From the NCBI RefSeq assembly GCF_006345805.1, contig NC_043009.1, positions 15,252,001 to 15,316,000 of the forward strand: a DNA stretch of 64,000 bases, written 5' to 3'. The position numbers were made by a program, and so were the translations under genes. The notes under the pieces are model-generated. The model had not been told where the DNA came from, ran no database searches, and saw only the letters and a program-made list of their open reading frames with translations. Each line of letters opens with the position of its first letter. Position 1 is the first letter of the stretch. The DNA comes from Octopus sinensis. Lineage: Eukaryota. Shown here in pieces: positions 23,078 through 37,715 of the stretch.

Positions 23078-25259
23078 TATTTGAGACAAAACCACTATTT
23101 TGCAAAACAAACAAGGAAAGACTTAATCAATACCGTGCGTGAATATACACATGGAGACTACCACACAGGTACAGGTGTGTTTAGAGATGGGAGCCCCATC
23201 GCTGCACTTAATGTATACTCTCACCCATCCGCACGGATGTGTAATTGTATCTCCGGTGTATATGTTGAGGCTTATATGTAGAGTTGTTGAAGGGAACGTC
23301 GTTGAAATTGTGAATGAATGGGTAGAGTTGGGAATTGTAACCGTGTGGTGGACTAGTGTTGCTTGGAATTGTGAATGGATTAGGGTGGTAATGAGGTAGG
23401 CATTGAGTATGGGTTACTGTAAGTTGTTTGTTAGAGTTGCTAGGGTGAGCTAAAGCTCATAAATGTATATAATTGATTTTTCATGATAGTTTTTAAAGAA
23501 TCCATTCATAATAAATTTTTTTAAGTAGCGTTGGTTTGCTACGTGGAAATAGTTTTTAGTTCCATTTATTATATTTATCCATTCATACTATGAATGACGT
23601 TTACTTTCTATGGCGCGTATTCTTTTTTACATTAGTTATTTCCATGGTAACGTAATTTTGTTTGGTTTTTTAACGGCTAAAAATCTAATTTCACTTCATA
23701 ATTTGTAACTGAATTGTAAGTATGTATTTGATTTATCCTTATGTCATAATGTTATTTTTGATATTCTGGTTAATTACGATGTATTTATTGTTGTTTTCAT
23801 AAGAGTGTTTATGTATATGAGATTGGTTGTGAGTTTTTAATTGTATAATTAATTTATTTATCTGTATGAGTGTGGGTGTAAATATTGTTGTATATATCGA
23901 GTTTTAGTGAGTATGTATATGCGTATATGTGAGGGAGCATATGTATCTGTTGTGTGTGTGTGTTTTGCGTGTGTGTGTGTTTTGTGTGTGAATGTGTATT
24001 TGGGTTTGTTATTTAGGATTTGGGATGTATGTGTTAATTTGTCTGTGTGGGGAGGGAGTGGTTTTTGGTGTATATTGAGGTTTATAAGTTAGTATAGGTT
24101 TGTGTATAAGTCTTGGGTCTGTGGTTTACGTGTGGGTTTTTTGTGTGTGAATGTTTAGGTTAGGGGGATTGCTATATAAGTTTGTTATAGGGTTTAGCAA
24201 AGGGAGATATTATCGTTATATGCTTTTATGAGTTTTGGTTTATCATGGTTTTTTTTTTTTTTAGGTAATTCGTGGTATTTTGTCTATTTTAGGTGTTGGT
24301 TATTTTTTTACATTGTTTCATTCATAATTTTTGAGTGGTGTTCGTTTTGCCACGTGAATAACCGGGTGGTGGACTAGCGTTGCTTGGAATGTGAATGGAA
24401 TAGTGTAGTAGTGAGGTAGGCATAGAGAATGGGATTGGGTTACTGCAAGTTGTTTGTTAGAGATGCTAAGGTGAGTTAAAGCTCATAAATGTATATAATG
24501 TTTTTTGTGGTGTGTAAGTATTGTTGTATATGTCGAGTTTAGTGAGTATGTATAGGCGTATATGTGAGGGAGTATATGTATCTTTTGTGTGTGAGTGTTT
24601 TGCGTGTGAGTGTGTGTTTTGTGTGTGAATGTGTATATGGGTTTGTTATTTAGGTTTTGGGATGTATGTGTTAATTTGTCTGTGTGGGGAGGGAGTGGGT
24701 TTTGGTGTATATTGAGGTTTATAAGTTAGTATAGGTATGTGTATAAGTCGTGAGTCTGTGGTTTACGTGTGTGTATTTGTGTGTGAATGTTTAGGTTAGG
24801 GGGTTTACTTTATAGGTTTGTTATAGAGCTTAGCAAAGGGAGATTTTATCGTTATATGTTTTTAAGAGTTTTGTTTTATCATGGTTTTTTTTAGGGAATT
24901 CGTGGTAATTAGTCTATATTTTCGATATGGATTATATATAGGTTATATATGGATTATATACTTATATTTTTTCATTTATACTTTAATTATTTAAAAGTAT
25001 TATTTTTATATTTTAAAATTTGATTTTTTAGATTGGAAGTCCACCTGAAGATTGTCGATCAAGACAAGAAACGATTGTAGTGGCGGTTTTTTTGACTATT
25101 TATTAAATTTTATGTATTGATTAAGTCTTTCCTTGTTTGTTTTGCAAAATAGTGGTTTTGTCTCAAATAATATTTTATAATATTTTACTATAAAATTGGA
25201 TTTAATCCTAAATCTGATTTTTTTTCCCTGTAAATTTGGATATATTCCCTAATATTTAT

Positions 25260-25260
<1 letters not shown>
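23071..25260. mobile_element. Decayed fold-back PLE-type element with an internal tandem duplication, bounded by (TA)n
   Basis: 23071-23133 is the reverse complement of ~25114-25177. GT-rich block ~23340-24290 is repeated at ~24362-24915 with a ~400-bp deletion. (TA)n lies on both sides. Confidence 0.6.
25041..25083 (+). ncRNA. Minimal type I hammerhead ribozyme motif
   Basis: CCAC-CTGAAGA-TTGTC(GATCAA)GACAA-GAAA-CGATTG-TA-GTGG has an intact core, 4-bp stem I, 5-bp stem II and a GUA site after 25079. Confidence 0.8.
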
Positions 25261-25295
<35 letters not shown>

Positions 25296-25379
25296 TCACA
25301 CACATATATGTATATGTATATATGTATAATCATAGATATATAATTATATATATATATACACATCTACATAGTGGAGCTA

Positions 25380-27190
25380 GAGGATAAACGTGTCATCAAC
25401 ATATTGAAGTCATAGGGTTGGTTTTAGTGGTCTTGATCCTAAAGCTAAATTCTCAAAATATTCCACGTATATATTGGCTATTACTTATGACAATGGTGAA
25501 CCTATAGCTAAACCCTCTTGTTGATATATACCAGTATGTACTCTGAAGTAGTTTCTACGCAGAATGTCAGCATTTCTATAAAGTTTCCTATTGGTATACA
25601 AGCACATCCTTTTAGAGAGATGTGTGTCACTAATTTTTTTTGTATGACTGATAGTCCTTCATCACTTGGGACTTTGGTAGACAGATTTATCACATTTAGA
25701 TCCGCCATCTGGTTGGATCCAATGGAGGTATCCTTGCTCAATTCTGTAAAGTGAGCGGAATTCTTCACATACGATGTTAACTTACCTGTAAATGGCCTGA
25801 TTATATTCACAAGGAAGCAGTTCAGTGGATGGCGTGCCAAACCCTTACAGCTTACTATAGGTCTTTATGGAACACCATCCTTGTGAATCTTAGGAAGACC
25901 GTGCATGTGTGGCAGCTGACTGTAGTGATGGGTCAGTTGTGTGTGCTTCATTGCTATACTGCGATTCTTGTTCTTGTTTAAGATCTATGACAATTCTTCT
26001 GTTTTCAGAGTTGTGGCTTTCTTTATTTTACTGTAGCTACCATCACTTATGAGACATGCTACTTTTTCAGAGCATTCAGACTTGTTCATTATCGCCGTAG
26101 CATTGCCCTTGTCTGCCAGAAGTATTATGATGGCACTGTCATCCTGTAATGCTTTGAGAGTTAACGTTTCTTCCTTATTGATGTTTGGTTTGGGAAATTT
26201 TGCTTTCTCTACTACCTGTCTCACTTTTCACCTTAGTTCATGTTCCTGAGCATGTGGTATCTATGTGGCTACCTCCTCAATAGGGGCTATTATTTCCAAG
26301 TATGGAATGCGCTTGATGGATGTCGCTAAGTTGAGACCTTTATTTAGTACTGCTTCTTCAGAGTTGTCCAAATGCCGGCTACTTACGTTAATTACTGCTT
26401 TCACAAGTGGGTGACGGACTTCGGTCTTTATTCTCTGATCTTTGAGCTTCATAAAACTTCTTAATCTGGCGTGCCTTCATCTCAAATTCTTTCTTGTGCA
26501 AATTTTCTAGATCTTGTTGGATTATCTCTCTGTCACCCTCTCTGGTTATTCTCCCAATTAATGAGGATAACCTGTCTCTGATTTCGTTATTTAGTTGACG
26601 TTTTTCCAACGGTTATAGTGGATCCTCTCACGGACAAAAGCGTGCCCTGCTCTTTCCGCTCATCTTTGAGCTTTAATTGAATCTGCTGAGGTCATTACGG
26701 TCAAACCAGGTGGTATTAGCTTTGAGTCTCTTCATCTACACAGGAATGTTAGATGGTTTGAAAGACGAACTAGTTCCTGACGGAGATTTTCTGTATGCCT
26801 TCATTGAAGTCTAATGATGGATGGATAGGTGTCCTCACCTTGGTTGATGTTACCACACTGTTTTGGCGGATGAACTACAATGGACAGATAAGTAAGGACA
26901 CCTATCCATCCATTGTAAATGATGTACGTAATCCCTCATCTCAAAAATATAGAATAGAAAGAATAATGTCTAGAGTATCAGAAATGGTCGATGGCGCAAT
27001 GGAACGTTTTCTTCTCTCTGGAACAATCATTGATTCTTTTACTAAATACGTGGCACGTTTAATCTTGAGGAAGCTGTTTGATAATTGTCTGCATGCATGG
27101 AGATTTGGGCAGCCATACCCCGGAACTTACTTGGTCTGTTTTACTTCGCACAATTAACACAGAATCTTATCGTAGTATTTTGATTGATCA
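25380..27190 (-). pseudogene. Decayed PLE of a second RT type (YVDD; Penelope/Poseidon- or Neptune-like)
   Basis: Fragments VINVSSRHLDNSEEAVLNKGLN, KPNINKEE..LKAL..ILLADKGNATAIMNK, SYVKNSAHF..KVPSDEGL and AIGSPLS*VIANIYVE...QYVDDTFI, with many stops and frameshifts. Confidence 0.8.
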
Positions 27191-27480
27191 TGTCATTTAT
27201 ATCACATAAACATTGTCCCTTGGTGGTAGTGCAATCTTCGACGGCAATAATACGCGAACCCATGCAGCAAATGTAGTTCAATATTGGTGCGATGAGCACA
27301 GAAGAGAACTTGGCCAGTTGAAGTATTCCCCCGCAATCACTGGAACTTCATATGATCGAAAATTTATGGTGTGTTTTGGAGCATTAGCTAAGGAACCGCT
27401 TTTTTTCCGCGACCATCCCTGAAAGGATAGAAGCAGGTTTTACATAAGGAATGGCACACCTTTTGCGAATAGCTGTTCAG
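27150..27480 (+). mobile_element. Tc1-like transposase remnant
   Basis: AIFDGNNTRTHAANVVQYW resembles QQDNA..H....V..W, and ENLWCVLE appears in a shifted frame. Confidence 0.5.
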
Positions 27481-30240
27481 AACCTGTGCATGTCAATTAC
27501 CCGATGTATTAGAAGCCATGGTTGATGCCAAATTATGACCAATGCTGAATTAAATAATAAACTTGCAATTTAGCAAGGTGCTACCATTATTTTCTCCATA
27601 CGTAAATGAACATCAAATATGTGTATATGGACTGCGGCGTGCTATTTGTAGAGTGAGACGCTTAATAAATCTGTCTGGCATGATTTTCGTAGACCAGGAA
27701 AACAATTCTCTTCATATCTTTCAAATAACGAATGTAACTCTGATAATTTAAACACTGTCTCAGTAGAAGTTCAGTAAAGTACGAAAAGGGACAGATGTAT
27801 TGAGTTTTTGATATAATTTCAGAAGTATAACCGCTAAGTATAATTGAAGCTAATAGCTACTTTCGGCCAAATTAGCTAATATTCGAAGGAAAAGATAACA
27901 TTTTCCGCCCATTTAATTTGGCAGAAAGCGATATCTACTAGTCTGAGGCAAGCAAAGGTTATGGTTATTATTGCATAAAGTAAATACGTAACAGAACATC
28001 TGTTATAGGCTTAAGTGTCTTAGACGTTAAAAAAAAGAGATAAATTTAAATAGCTACGTATACTTATGTATAACCTTCGCTATTATTCGTAGGGTCGTTT
28101 TTGTAATAAAAGTAGAAAGACTTCAGTAGTATTTTTATGGAAAGCACATATATGTTGCCCTTATCTTTCAAATGTGTGTGGTGTCTGTGTGTGTGTCTGT
28201 GTGTATGCATATCATTACTATATAGAGAGACGGATATTTAATACACACGCACATATTCTGACATCGATCTCCTCTTATAATTATATATACATACATTCAC
28301 ATATACACACATGCATAATACCTACATGCACTTATGTGTGCATATGTGTGTGTATGTGTGTATGTGTGTGTGTGCGTGTGTTTTATGAGCAAATGTTTAA
28401 AAACTGCTCGGTTAATTGTTAAAATTTAGTTGAAAAGTGTAAACTTATCACGATCGTGAGCAGCCTTATTGTGAAAGAATGAATATTTTGATGCATTTAA
28501 CAAAAGGGTAGAATATATGGAAATTCATATTACGCAAGCTTTTGCTGTTCCGTAATGTTAATAATTCATGTCACACGGACGTTCTTTCACACATCCAACA
28601 CTCAACGAGAAAACTTTTGAAAATTTTTCATAGGCTATGTTTATTGATAGAGGTGCTTATTAGGCGAAACTCTTGTTTAAGCAGCCCATTTAACTCATGA
28701 CTTCTTTTAGTCTTTGGAATTTTCGGAAAATTTATGTTCTACACTGTCTTCATTTTTTATACCATCCCTTAAATAAATCCTAAAATTTATACTTTTTCTC
28801 AATTTTTTTCAAATCATAGTTTTAAAATATGGACAGTCCCAATCTGCCATTTGTTATAATTTCAAAATAATTTTCAGACGGAATGGTCTGTGATTTGAAG
28901 TCGATTTAGCTGTTGCCTTTAGCACCTGATACCATCCTTGTTTCTTTGTCACTCCGGCATGTATTGATGCGTTTCAACATTTCTTTCCTCGTAAACAAAT
29001 TTAGTGGAATTATGTTGTGTCCAAAGGTGGAACATTTTGTAATTTAAATTCTTACCTCTTCTTCCCTCAAGCGAGTGCATATGTGTATGTGTGTGTATGT
29101 GTGTGTGTGTGTGTTTCAGTAAAAACGGTTGCTAATAGAAACGTATGCTGTTAAAATAGATTATCTTTTACATGCCTTTTTTAAAATCATTGATGATAAA
29201 TCCCAGCAATGACCTCAGAATCTCCAATACCTGTGTGATTTATATGAGTTAGGTCTAATTTGAGCAACCGTGAGGATTTCTGAGGGGAGAAAAATGGAAA
29301 ATTTTTTATCGAAAAATTATTTTCGTGTGAGGAACACAAATTCGCAAAAATATATTGAAAATACCAAGAAATTAAAAAAAAGTTATGACCTGTTACATGG
29401 TGCGCATCGATGCAGGATCCATAATAGGCCGTGCGAACGCGCGAATATTTTTAACTTTGAATTTGGATGTCATAAATTATTTTTGAAATTATAATGAGAA
29501 AACAATGACAGATTCGGACAGTCCTTATTTTAAACTCTGATTAAAGGAAAAGTTCTCGAGAAAGAGTAGAAATGTTAGGATTTGTGGGTGGGGGAGGGAA
29601 TTATTATTTAAATAACTGCAAAATAGGTGCTCCAGCATAGCCGCCATCAAACGACTGAAGCAAGTAAAGGAGTTAAAAGAATCGAATTCCCGAGTGTAGA
29701 ACACAAATTCACAAAATTATACTGAAAATTTCAAAAAATTAAAAAGTTTTGAGGGATTCTTTCAGGTTTTTGAATCAGAATTCGGCCTCTTATTGTTTTT
29801 ATTGCTTATATTTAATTACTGCGCTCTAAACATTTTTGCACGTACATAAAGGTTCCCTTTCGGGTATAAATGACCATCAGATTGCACCTAGAAAGATATC
29901 CTCCACAGCACAAGTCCGGGTAAGGTTGTTTTATGAGCCAATACTGTGTCCTACTGTGTTAGTACATAGGGGGGGGGAGTGATCAGTTACTTGAGCTAGT
30001 AACGTAATTTGGCTTGCAGGCACTATGAAATCTGTTGGAATGTCGCTAGCTGCGAAACCGCATGGTGAATATATCTATGTATGCCGTTATTCAGTGTATT
30101 TCAAGATTCCTTGCCAAACAAAAAAAAAAAGAAGGAAAGGTTTCTAAAGGGTTCTAAAAAAAAGAAGGAAAGGATGTTTCATTGGAATTTCAGGATCAAC
30201 TGCAGGGTATTTTTGTATGTATGTATGTATGTTTATACGA

Positions 30241-30277
<37 letters not shown>

Positions 30278-31013
30278 CATTCATTTATGAGCTCAAGCAT
30301 TTTTGCAGTGAATGCTGTTGTATATATACGCAAATGCATAAATCTATACACTGATACAGGCATATATAAATATATACCAGTATATATTCCTCTATATGGA
30401 AATATATTCCAACTGGAAGAAATGCACCAATCAAAATATACTTAATATTTTTTAAGCATCTAAATAAAATCCACTTACACATTTCCTCTATTCTTAATCG
30501 ACATCCACGGGTTACTAATGAACAACTATCGTCAGTCTCTTTCAACCCATGCAGATTTACCACCACGTCCCTAACAAACTTTATGCTAATCATTCTAATT
30601 AATTAATTAAATTTTACGCTGACCCAATTAAAGACGGAATCGAAAGGAATTCACGTGACGGATTTTAATGGATTTTTGCCTATTTAGATTTGTTATTTGT
30701 GCAGCGAAATGTTGTTTCCATAATGAAGTTAACATGATTAATTAGTCGAATTAGCAATTAAGAGATGTAGATTGTCTTCAAAGGTGTTCTGTCGGTTATC
30801 AGTAAACGACTTGTCCAGCTTCACTTCTCTCTCCCTCTTCCTCACCGAATCGTTTTCTTTATTCCATCCAAAAATTCCAACTTGGGATAAATCTCGGTCC
30901 TGGTGCATATTTTGTTTAGTTTATGCGTGTGTTTGTCTTCGTTTCTTATTTTATTCCTTTCTGAATGTATGTATACATGTGTCTATGTATGCACGTATGT
31001 ATGTCTGAGTATG

Positions 31014-31103
<90 letters not shown>

Positions 31104-31290
31104 TGTGTATATACATGTGCGCGTTTAGGAGTGTCACTTTTTACCGTGTGTATGCGTGTACACGTGTTGAAACAGGGATATAGGCTGTGATTTGTTAGAG
31201 GTGAACTAACATCCACTATATGCATTACAATATTTGTTCCGATAGCTTTCGATCTACGTTCAAACCCTGCATGGCCTGCTCTGATCGTAG

Positions 31291-31430
31291 ACCTCAGTAG
31301 GAGCCCAAATACGTGGCAATTTGGCTACCTTTTGTTGAAGTTGAAACTAGTCGAAGCTTTTAAACGAAGAAATTCACTAAGGATACATTCTCAACAACCT
31401 CCCACCCCTCTCGGAGACTCAGAAAAGATC
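31291..31430 (+). CDS. Weak candidate host exon (LSRSPNTWQFGYLLLKLKLVEAFKRRNSLRIHSQQPPTPLGDSEKI)
   Basis: TCGTAG| acceptor, |GTATGT donor and an open frame. No homology recognised. Confidence 0.2.
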
Positions 31431-31461
31431 GTATGTTGGACGTTTCTACATGATCTCTATA

Positions 31462-31501
<40 letters not shown>

Positions 31502-33238
31502 GTGTGCCTGTATGAGTATGTGGAGCATGTGTGTGTATGTATGTGTATGTGTGTGCCTGTGTGTGTGTTTGTGAGTGTATACCTGCGTCTGTAAGTGTGC
31601 GCACATGTGTGTAAATGTCTGGCAAGATAATCTTTGATATACTGCACTGCTATTACACATACAGCTTTATGGGAGAAGAATAACAATTTCTTTCTCCAGG
31701 ACTTTTTGATAGACTTTTAAACTAAAATCACATGCCTATAATTATATGCAATGCAACGCAATACGCCGCATACTTAATAATAATCCATTTAAATGTTTAG
31801 TTAGAGTGTCTTTTTTTTTCACAAGGTTGTGTTTCTCAATAAATTAAGTTTGTGTAAATGAAAGCAAGTTTATAATGTCTCATCGTTACCACGAAGTAAA
31901 AGCCTGACAGTCATTTAAAAGAAATTTGTTTTCTTTTAACATTAGTGACGTCAAGAGACACATGTCCATACAGAATTCTAGTTCTCGTGGTTTACCATTG
32001 CATATAATTAAGAACGACGTACAGATAATATTTGCTGAAACAGATGCTGAAATTAAGTTTGAATAAAAATGTCTCCTTACTTCCTAGCTCATTAACCAGC
32101 CTTGATCATATTCATTGTTTAGTCGAATGCCACCATAATTTTGTGTATATAGATGCATTGATATAACTGTGAAGATCTATAAGCGTTTCTGTATGTATGT
32201 ATGTATGTATGTATGTATGTATGTATGTATGTATGAATGGATGGATGGATAGAGATAGGTAGGTTGTTTGGTAGGCTGGTAGGCTGGTATACAGGTAGGT
32301 AGGCAGGTAGGCAGGTAAGCCGTTAGCCTTGTAGGGAGGATAGTTAGGTTTCCCCAGAAAGCATCATTAAAAAAGTAGGAGAGACTTTATGGCATGTATA
32401 TTGACGTATTTATCAACACCTGAGACTTTCTAAAATCTTTATTAAAAGGGCTTTGGGGATGAAAGGATAAACTCAATGATGGCATTTCATACACATGCAA
32501 TTGCTTGTGTTAATTATCAAATCGATCTATCATAAGGGAACTCGTCTCCGTAATTGCATCAAGAATGAATTTCTAGCGCTATGAATAAATTGATAAGTTT
32601 ATAAATTAATAAGTTGGTATTCAAGTTCAGCTGAAGAATTTGGCTTTTGGACTATTAAGCTCATCTGGTTATGGGTTTCGCAGTAAGACAGTCAAATCGA
32701 TTATCTATTTTAATGACGGGCGCTAATTGATTTGCTTCTTTGTATTATTGTAATAATTGTGAAATTTAGTTGTCTTATAAGTTATTGTACTGGTACAGGT
32801 ATTTGATTAAAGAACTTTCTAGATAGGTGTGGGAGGGGAATTAGTCTGCATATCATAATCGCTTAAGCCTGAAAATGTCTTAAGCAGAGACATAATTACA
32901 CAATAACTGATTTGTGCTGAGATCCTTTCTTTTTATAGAAAGTTTTCAAAATTGTAACTATACTTTTAACTCTTTCACCCATGTAGGGTATATATTTCAG
33001 TTGTCATCGACTGGTCCTCATGCTAAATCAATTAATTCGGCATTTGGTTGAAATTAACGTGTTCTATTTGTACAGTGAGAAAAGTACAATAAGTAAGAGA
33101 AAGAATGGAGTATACACGATACTACAAAATCCAAATAGATTGACGTTTGGTGAGTACTAGGCGACGATGGCTGGGATAACAGGACAATATAAACGAGAGA
33201 CAGAGGCAAAAATTATATTTAGAAACCCTGAAGATTAT

Positions 33239-33359
<121 letters not shown>

Positions 33360-33361
33360 TA

Positions 33362-33719
<358 letters not shown>

Positions 33720-34014
33720 ATATGTATATTTGAGACCACTTGCAGTGGACCTGACAGAGCGATGGAAATTTGACACCAAATCATGATCAAGTGATGGTCA
33801 CAGCTTCTGTGTGTTTAGCAATAGCTAATATATGACTTCCACGGTGTAATTGTTTTAGCATCACCCCACGATCTCAGACAATTTCACCTCCCATTTGATT
33901 ATAACTCTTTAGCACACATACATACATACATACACAAATACATACATACATACATGCATACATACACACATACATACATACATATACACATACATGCATA
34001 CATACATACATGTG

Positions 34015-34200
34015 TGAAGGCTCATGGCCGAATGCTTAGGGTGTCGCACTCAAAATAACTACACCATGAGTTAGATTCCCAGACCGGGCGGTGCGTTGTG
34101 TTCTTGAGCAAAACACTTCATTTCAAGTTGCTACATTCTCCCCTTCGATCAAGGAGAAATTTTTGGCCAACTCGCCTAGCCAACAGGGTGGCATCATTCG
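34015..34200 (+). mobile_element. Diverged tRNA-derived SINE (family C head)
   Basis: GTGAAGGCTCATGGCCGAATGCTTAGGG...GATTCCCAGACCGGGCGGTGCGTTGTGTTCTTGAGCAAAACACTT. Confidence 0.6.
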
Positions 34201-35379
34201 AAGTCTAAGACGACGCAAAGCGCTTTGTAACCAGCGATGTGTAACAATATCTGATAGTCTGCGCGGTCACGTGGTCACATTATGTTCATATACATATGTA
34301 TATATTGATACAGGAGTGGAGATTTACATTCGAGACATTCTGAGTTAAAAATTGGATGACACTTGCATTTCTTCAGTCTGGCGAACGGATCAAAGTCGAT
34401 TATGAAACACAAAAGAACAAAACACAGATATCTACGGTGGGAAGAAAAGAGTTTCTCCTTCATGGCAACCAATTATTTCAGGCTTGGCTTCAAAATCTTG
34501 TCAGTAACTAAATTCAGTGATGGTCGAAATGATATATAAACAAACCTTTTTGCTTTTCATTTGTTTTAGTAAAGCGAAGCCGGACTTGGTCACTGTCTTG
34601 AAGTATTTTAGTAGAATAAATCGACCCCATTAATAATTCTTTAAGATAAGTACTATAAGTACCAATATTACTTTTCTTCAAGCGGTATACACAACAAAAA
34701 TGCTTGTCAAATGGTGTTGGGAGAAAAAACAGACATAAAGACACATACGAACATTCATACATACATACATACCGAATTGTGTGTGTTTATATATACATAT
34801 ATACATATACACATATATATATACATATATATACACATACATATATATATATGTATGTATGAATGTATGTATTTATCTATGTATGTATGTATGCATGTAT
34901 GTATGTATATATGTATGTATATTTGTACGCATGTATGTATTTGTAGATGCGTTTACTAAATCCTATCACATGGCCCTATACGGATAAACGGCAGGAGTAG
35001 TAAGAATACATATAAAACACAATAGATAAAAAATGTACATAAATATAAAAAGAAAAGGAATAGATTGCACACCATCTTAGAAATAAGAATTAAAAGATGA
35101 GATTTTAAGATGAAAATAGAACTATAAAGCCTGGAAACTAGAAATTAAAAACAAATATAAATCAATCCGAAACATCATAAAAGTTAAGGAATTAAAAATT
35201 GAAAATGAATCAAAAGATTGATTATTAACATTGAATGTGAATATTGAAATTAAAAATTGGCAATTACGAATTAAATGTAATAATGTATTAAAAAGTTACT
35301 AAAATTAAAAGTGAAAAACTGAAAACATCATGTTAGACATTCAGGGGGAAATTAATACTAATGTTAGGAAGACCTTTAA

Positions 35380-36680
35380 CCTAGCTCGCTGTTCTCTTAG
35401 CGTGGCAGATATTGATGGCTTCATAACGAGCAGTAGACAGATTTACAGAATTTGATATTCTGGAATTCTATTCTTCTATTTCCAAAGACCTCTTAGGACA
35501 GTTAATTTCGCAACTAGGTACATACAATTGAGGAATCCGGTCTATTGAGAGAATTATGAATGCGCTAATAACTCAGAAACTGAAGGTTTCTCCATCGTCA
35601 GCATGGGTTTTTATGACGGAGTTAATGTATGCTATCTGATTGGCCTATTTATGCTCCATAACCTGGAGAAGTCTTTCCTCTTGCTGGCCTTTGTCATTTA
35701 TAGAGGTAACGTCTTGGCCATATTGTAGAGAACTAATGTCCCGGTGAAAAACCACCTGAGAGAGAAGATAATACAGAACCTGAAGATCTTTGGTCTTAAG
35801 ATCACAATCGACAGCAACCTAAGTGGTTTCAGTATTTTAGCCCTATCACAAGAATTGCAGAATTATATTTACATACCTTATATGAAAAGAAATAAAGACT
35901 TTGTTACTGAAATAAATGTTCCTCCCGTACCATGCATTCTTCACAATCTCAATGCAGGACATAAGTCGCGGGATCTCTCTTTCAGAAATATTCGACTAGA
36001 CCACTCCTTAACAACAACGATTTAAAGATAATTGAGTTCAAAGAAAAAACGAAATGTGCACCCATTACAGGACCACCGATAAAGAACAGAGACGCGGGAT
36101 AATAATCTGATTCATACCACCCTACTTTGCATACATTGCCACTAATTACCAAAGATACACGAAACTCTTTAACAGATACAACTACAAGGTTAGTTTTCGT
36201 TCAACCCCTGATTTTAAAACTATAATTTTTAATAAGAACATACCGCCTTCAGACGCCCTCAGTTCTTTCAGGAACAGACATCTGTGCCCGTTAAGTAGAG
36301 GCTGTAATATCGAAGCTGTTATATACGAGGTGTTACACTGATCGACCAATTCTGACAGCACAACGTTTATCAAGAGATACGTGTGGATTACTGATAGCAG
36401 TGTCAAGGCGAAGATAAGATTGATAACGATCCCACCTCTTAGACACTGGAAGAAGCGGAAAACAGGAAGGTTTCTAGCGATATATGAAAATGAAAGAGAA
36501 ATGCATAAGTTGCAATATCAATTAGAAAATCTTGGCAAAGTGCAAATCCTGTGAAAACGGTAGCACAAAATGAAGTTTTTGACACACAGAAAGGTGTCTC
36601 CTGAAGTACACACTGGATTCTACTACATAAATAATAAGTTAGATGCCACTAGTCCCCTTTTGAAATTGCAGTACTCCTCT
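35380..36680 (+). pseudogene. Old decayed PLE homologous to the intact 705-aa ORF
   Basis: Collinear fragments FTEFDILEFYSSISKDLL, MGFYDGVNVCYLIGLFMLHNL, GLKITIDSNL, FNRYNYKVSF, CPLSRGCNIEAVIYE and KRYVWITDSSVKAR match motifs of 17382-19499. Confidence 0.8.
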
Positions 36681-36899
36681 CAACGAAGGAAGAAAGTGAG
36701 ACTATAAAATTATTTCCTTTAGCAGGTTGAGCTTGGATTTTCTTTCTTATCAGCCCTGATTTTTCGTATATTGTTCTATTTTATATTTCTACATCCTCTT
36801 ACATATTTTTGTATTTTCCATTCATTTCTATAGGCAGTGTTCTTATGCCGTATAGTCATATGAGAATGTATATATCATCGTGTATGCATGTTTGTGTAG

Positions 36900-36929
<30 letters not shown>

Positions 36930-36934
<5 letters not shown>

Positions 36935-37019
36935 TTAATCCAAACAAGAAAGCACGAAAAACACAACAACGCGAGGACGCGGAACAAATATAGTCTTATT
37001 GGATGCTCAGGAAAGAAGG

Positions 37020-37020
<1 letters not shown>
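36930..37020 (-). mobile_element. 3' fragment of the 21062-21280 repeat family
   Basis: Reverse complement similar to CCTTTCTGAGCGTCCAATAATACTATATTTGT...CCTCACGTTGTT. Confidence 0.6.
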
Positions 37021-37087
<67 letters not shown>

Positions 37088-37534
37088 ATATACATTAGCA
37101 CTGTTATAGCTTGATTTAAAAAATTATATAATATAAAGCCCTAAAATTATCTTATGCAGATACTCAACGGGTCATCTTTTGTTTCCACATGTGTGCATAT
37201 ACATGCACACGCATATATGTATATATGTGTGGGCATGAATACAATTACATACGTGGGCGTGTGATTGTACATGCAGATGTACATATATCTCAATGTTTAA
37301 CATTTTAAAACTCGTTATCACATATGTCATTATTAAAATTCTACCGTAACTATTTATCTTCTACCTTTCATCTTAAAAATTTTCCATATATCAAAGTAAT
37401 TTCTCATTAAAAAATTTTTAACATGAATTTCACATTTTTTGTAAAAACTTTAAAAAAATTTATTTTGCTTCCAGTTTTCCCTTTTAAAATCATCTTTCAA
37501 TTTCGAATTCTTAATTTTGTTTTTAAAGCGGCAA

Positions 37535-37715
37535 GTTGGCTGAATCCTTAGAAAAAAATCTATCTTTCGTCTGTTTTTAGGTTCAAATTCTGTCGAGATT
37601 GACAATGCCTTTCACCATTTCGGGGTCGATAATGTTGGTACCAGTTGATTACTGGGATCGATATCAACGACATACTTCCAAACCTAAAACTACTAACCCT
37701 TTGCCAGGATATGAA
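37535..37715 (+). mobile_element. tRNA-derived SINE, family B, diverged
   Basis: GCGGCAAGTTGGCTGAATC...GGTTCAAATTC...GCCTTTCACCATTTCGGGGTCGATAA. Confidence 0.6.
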
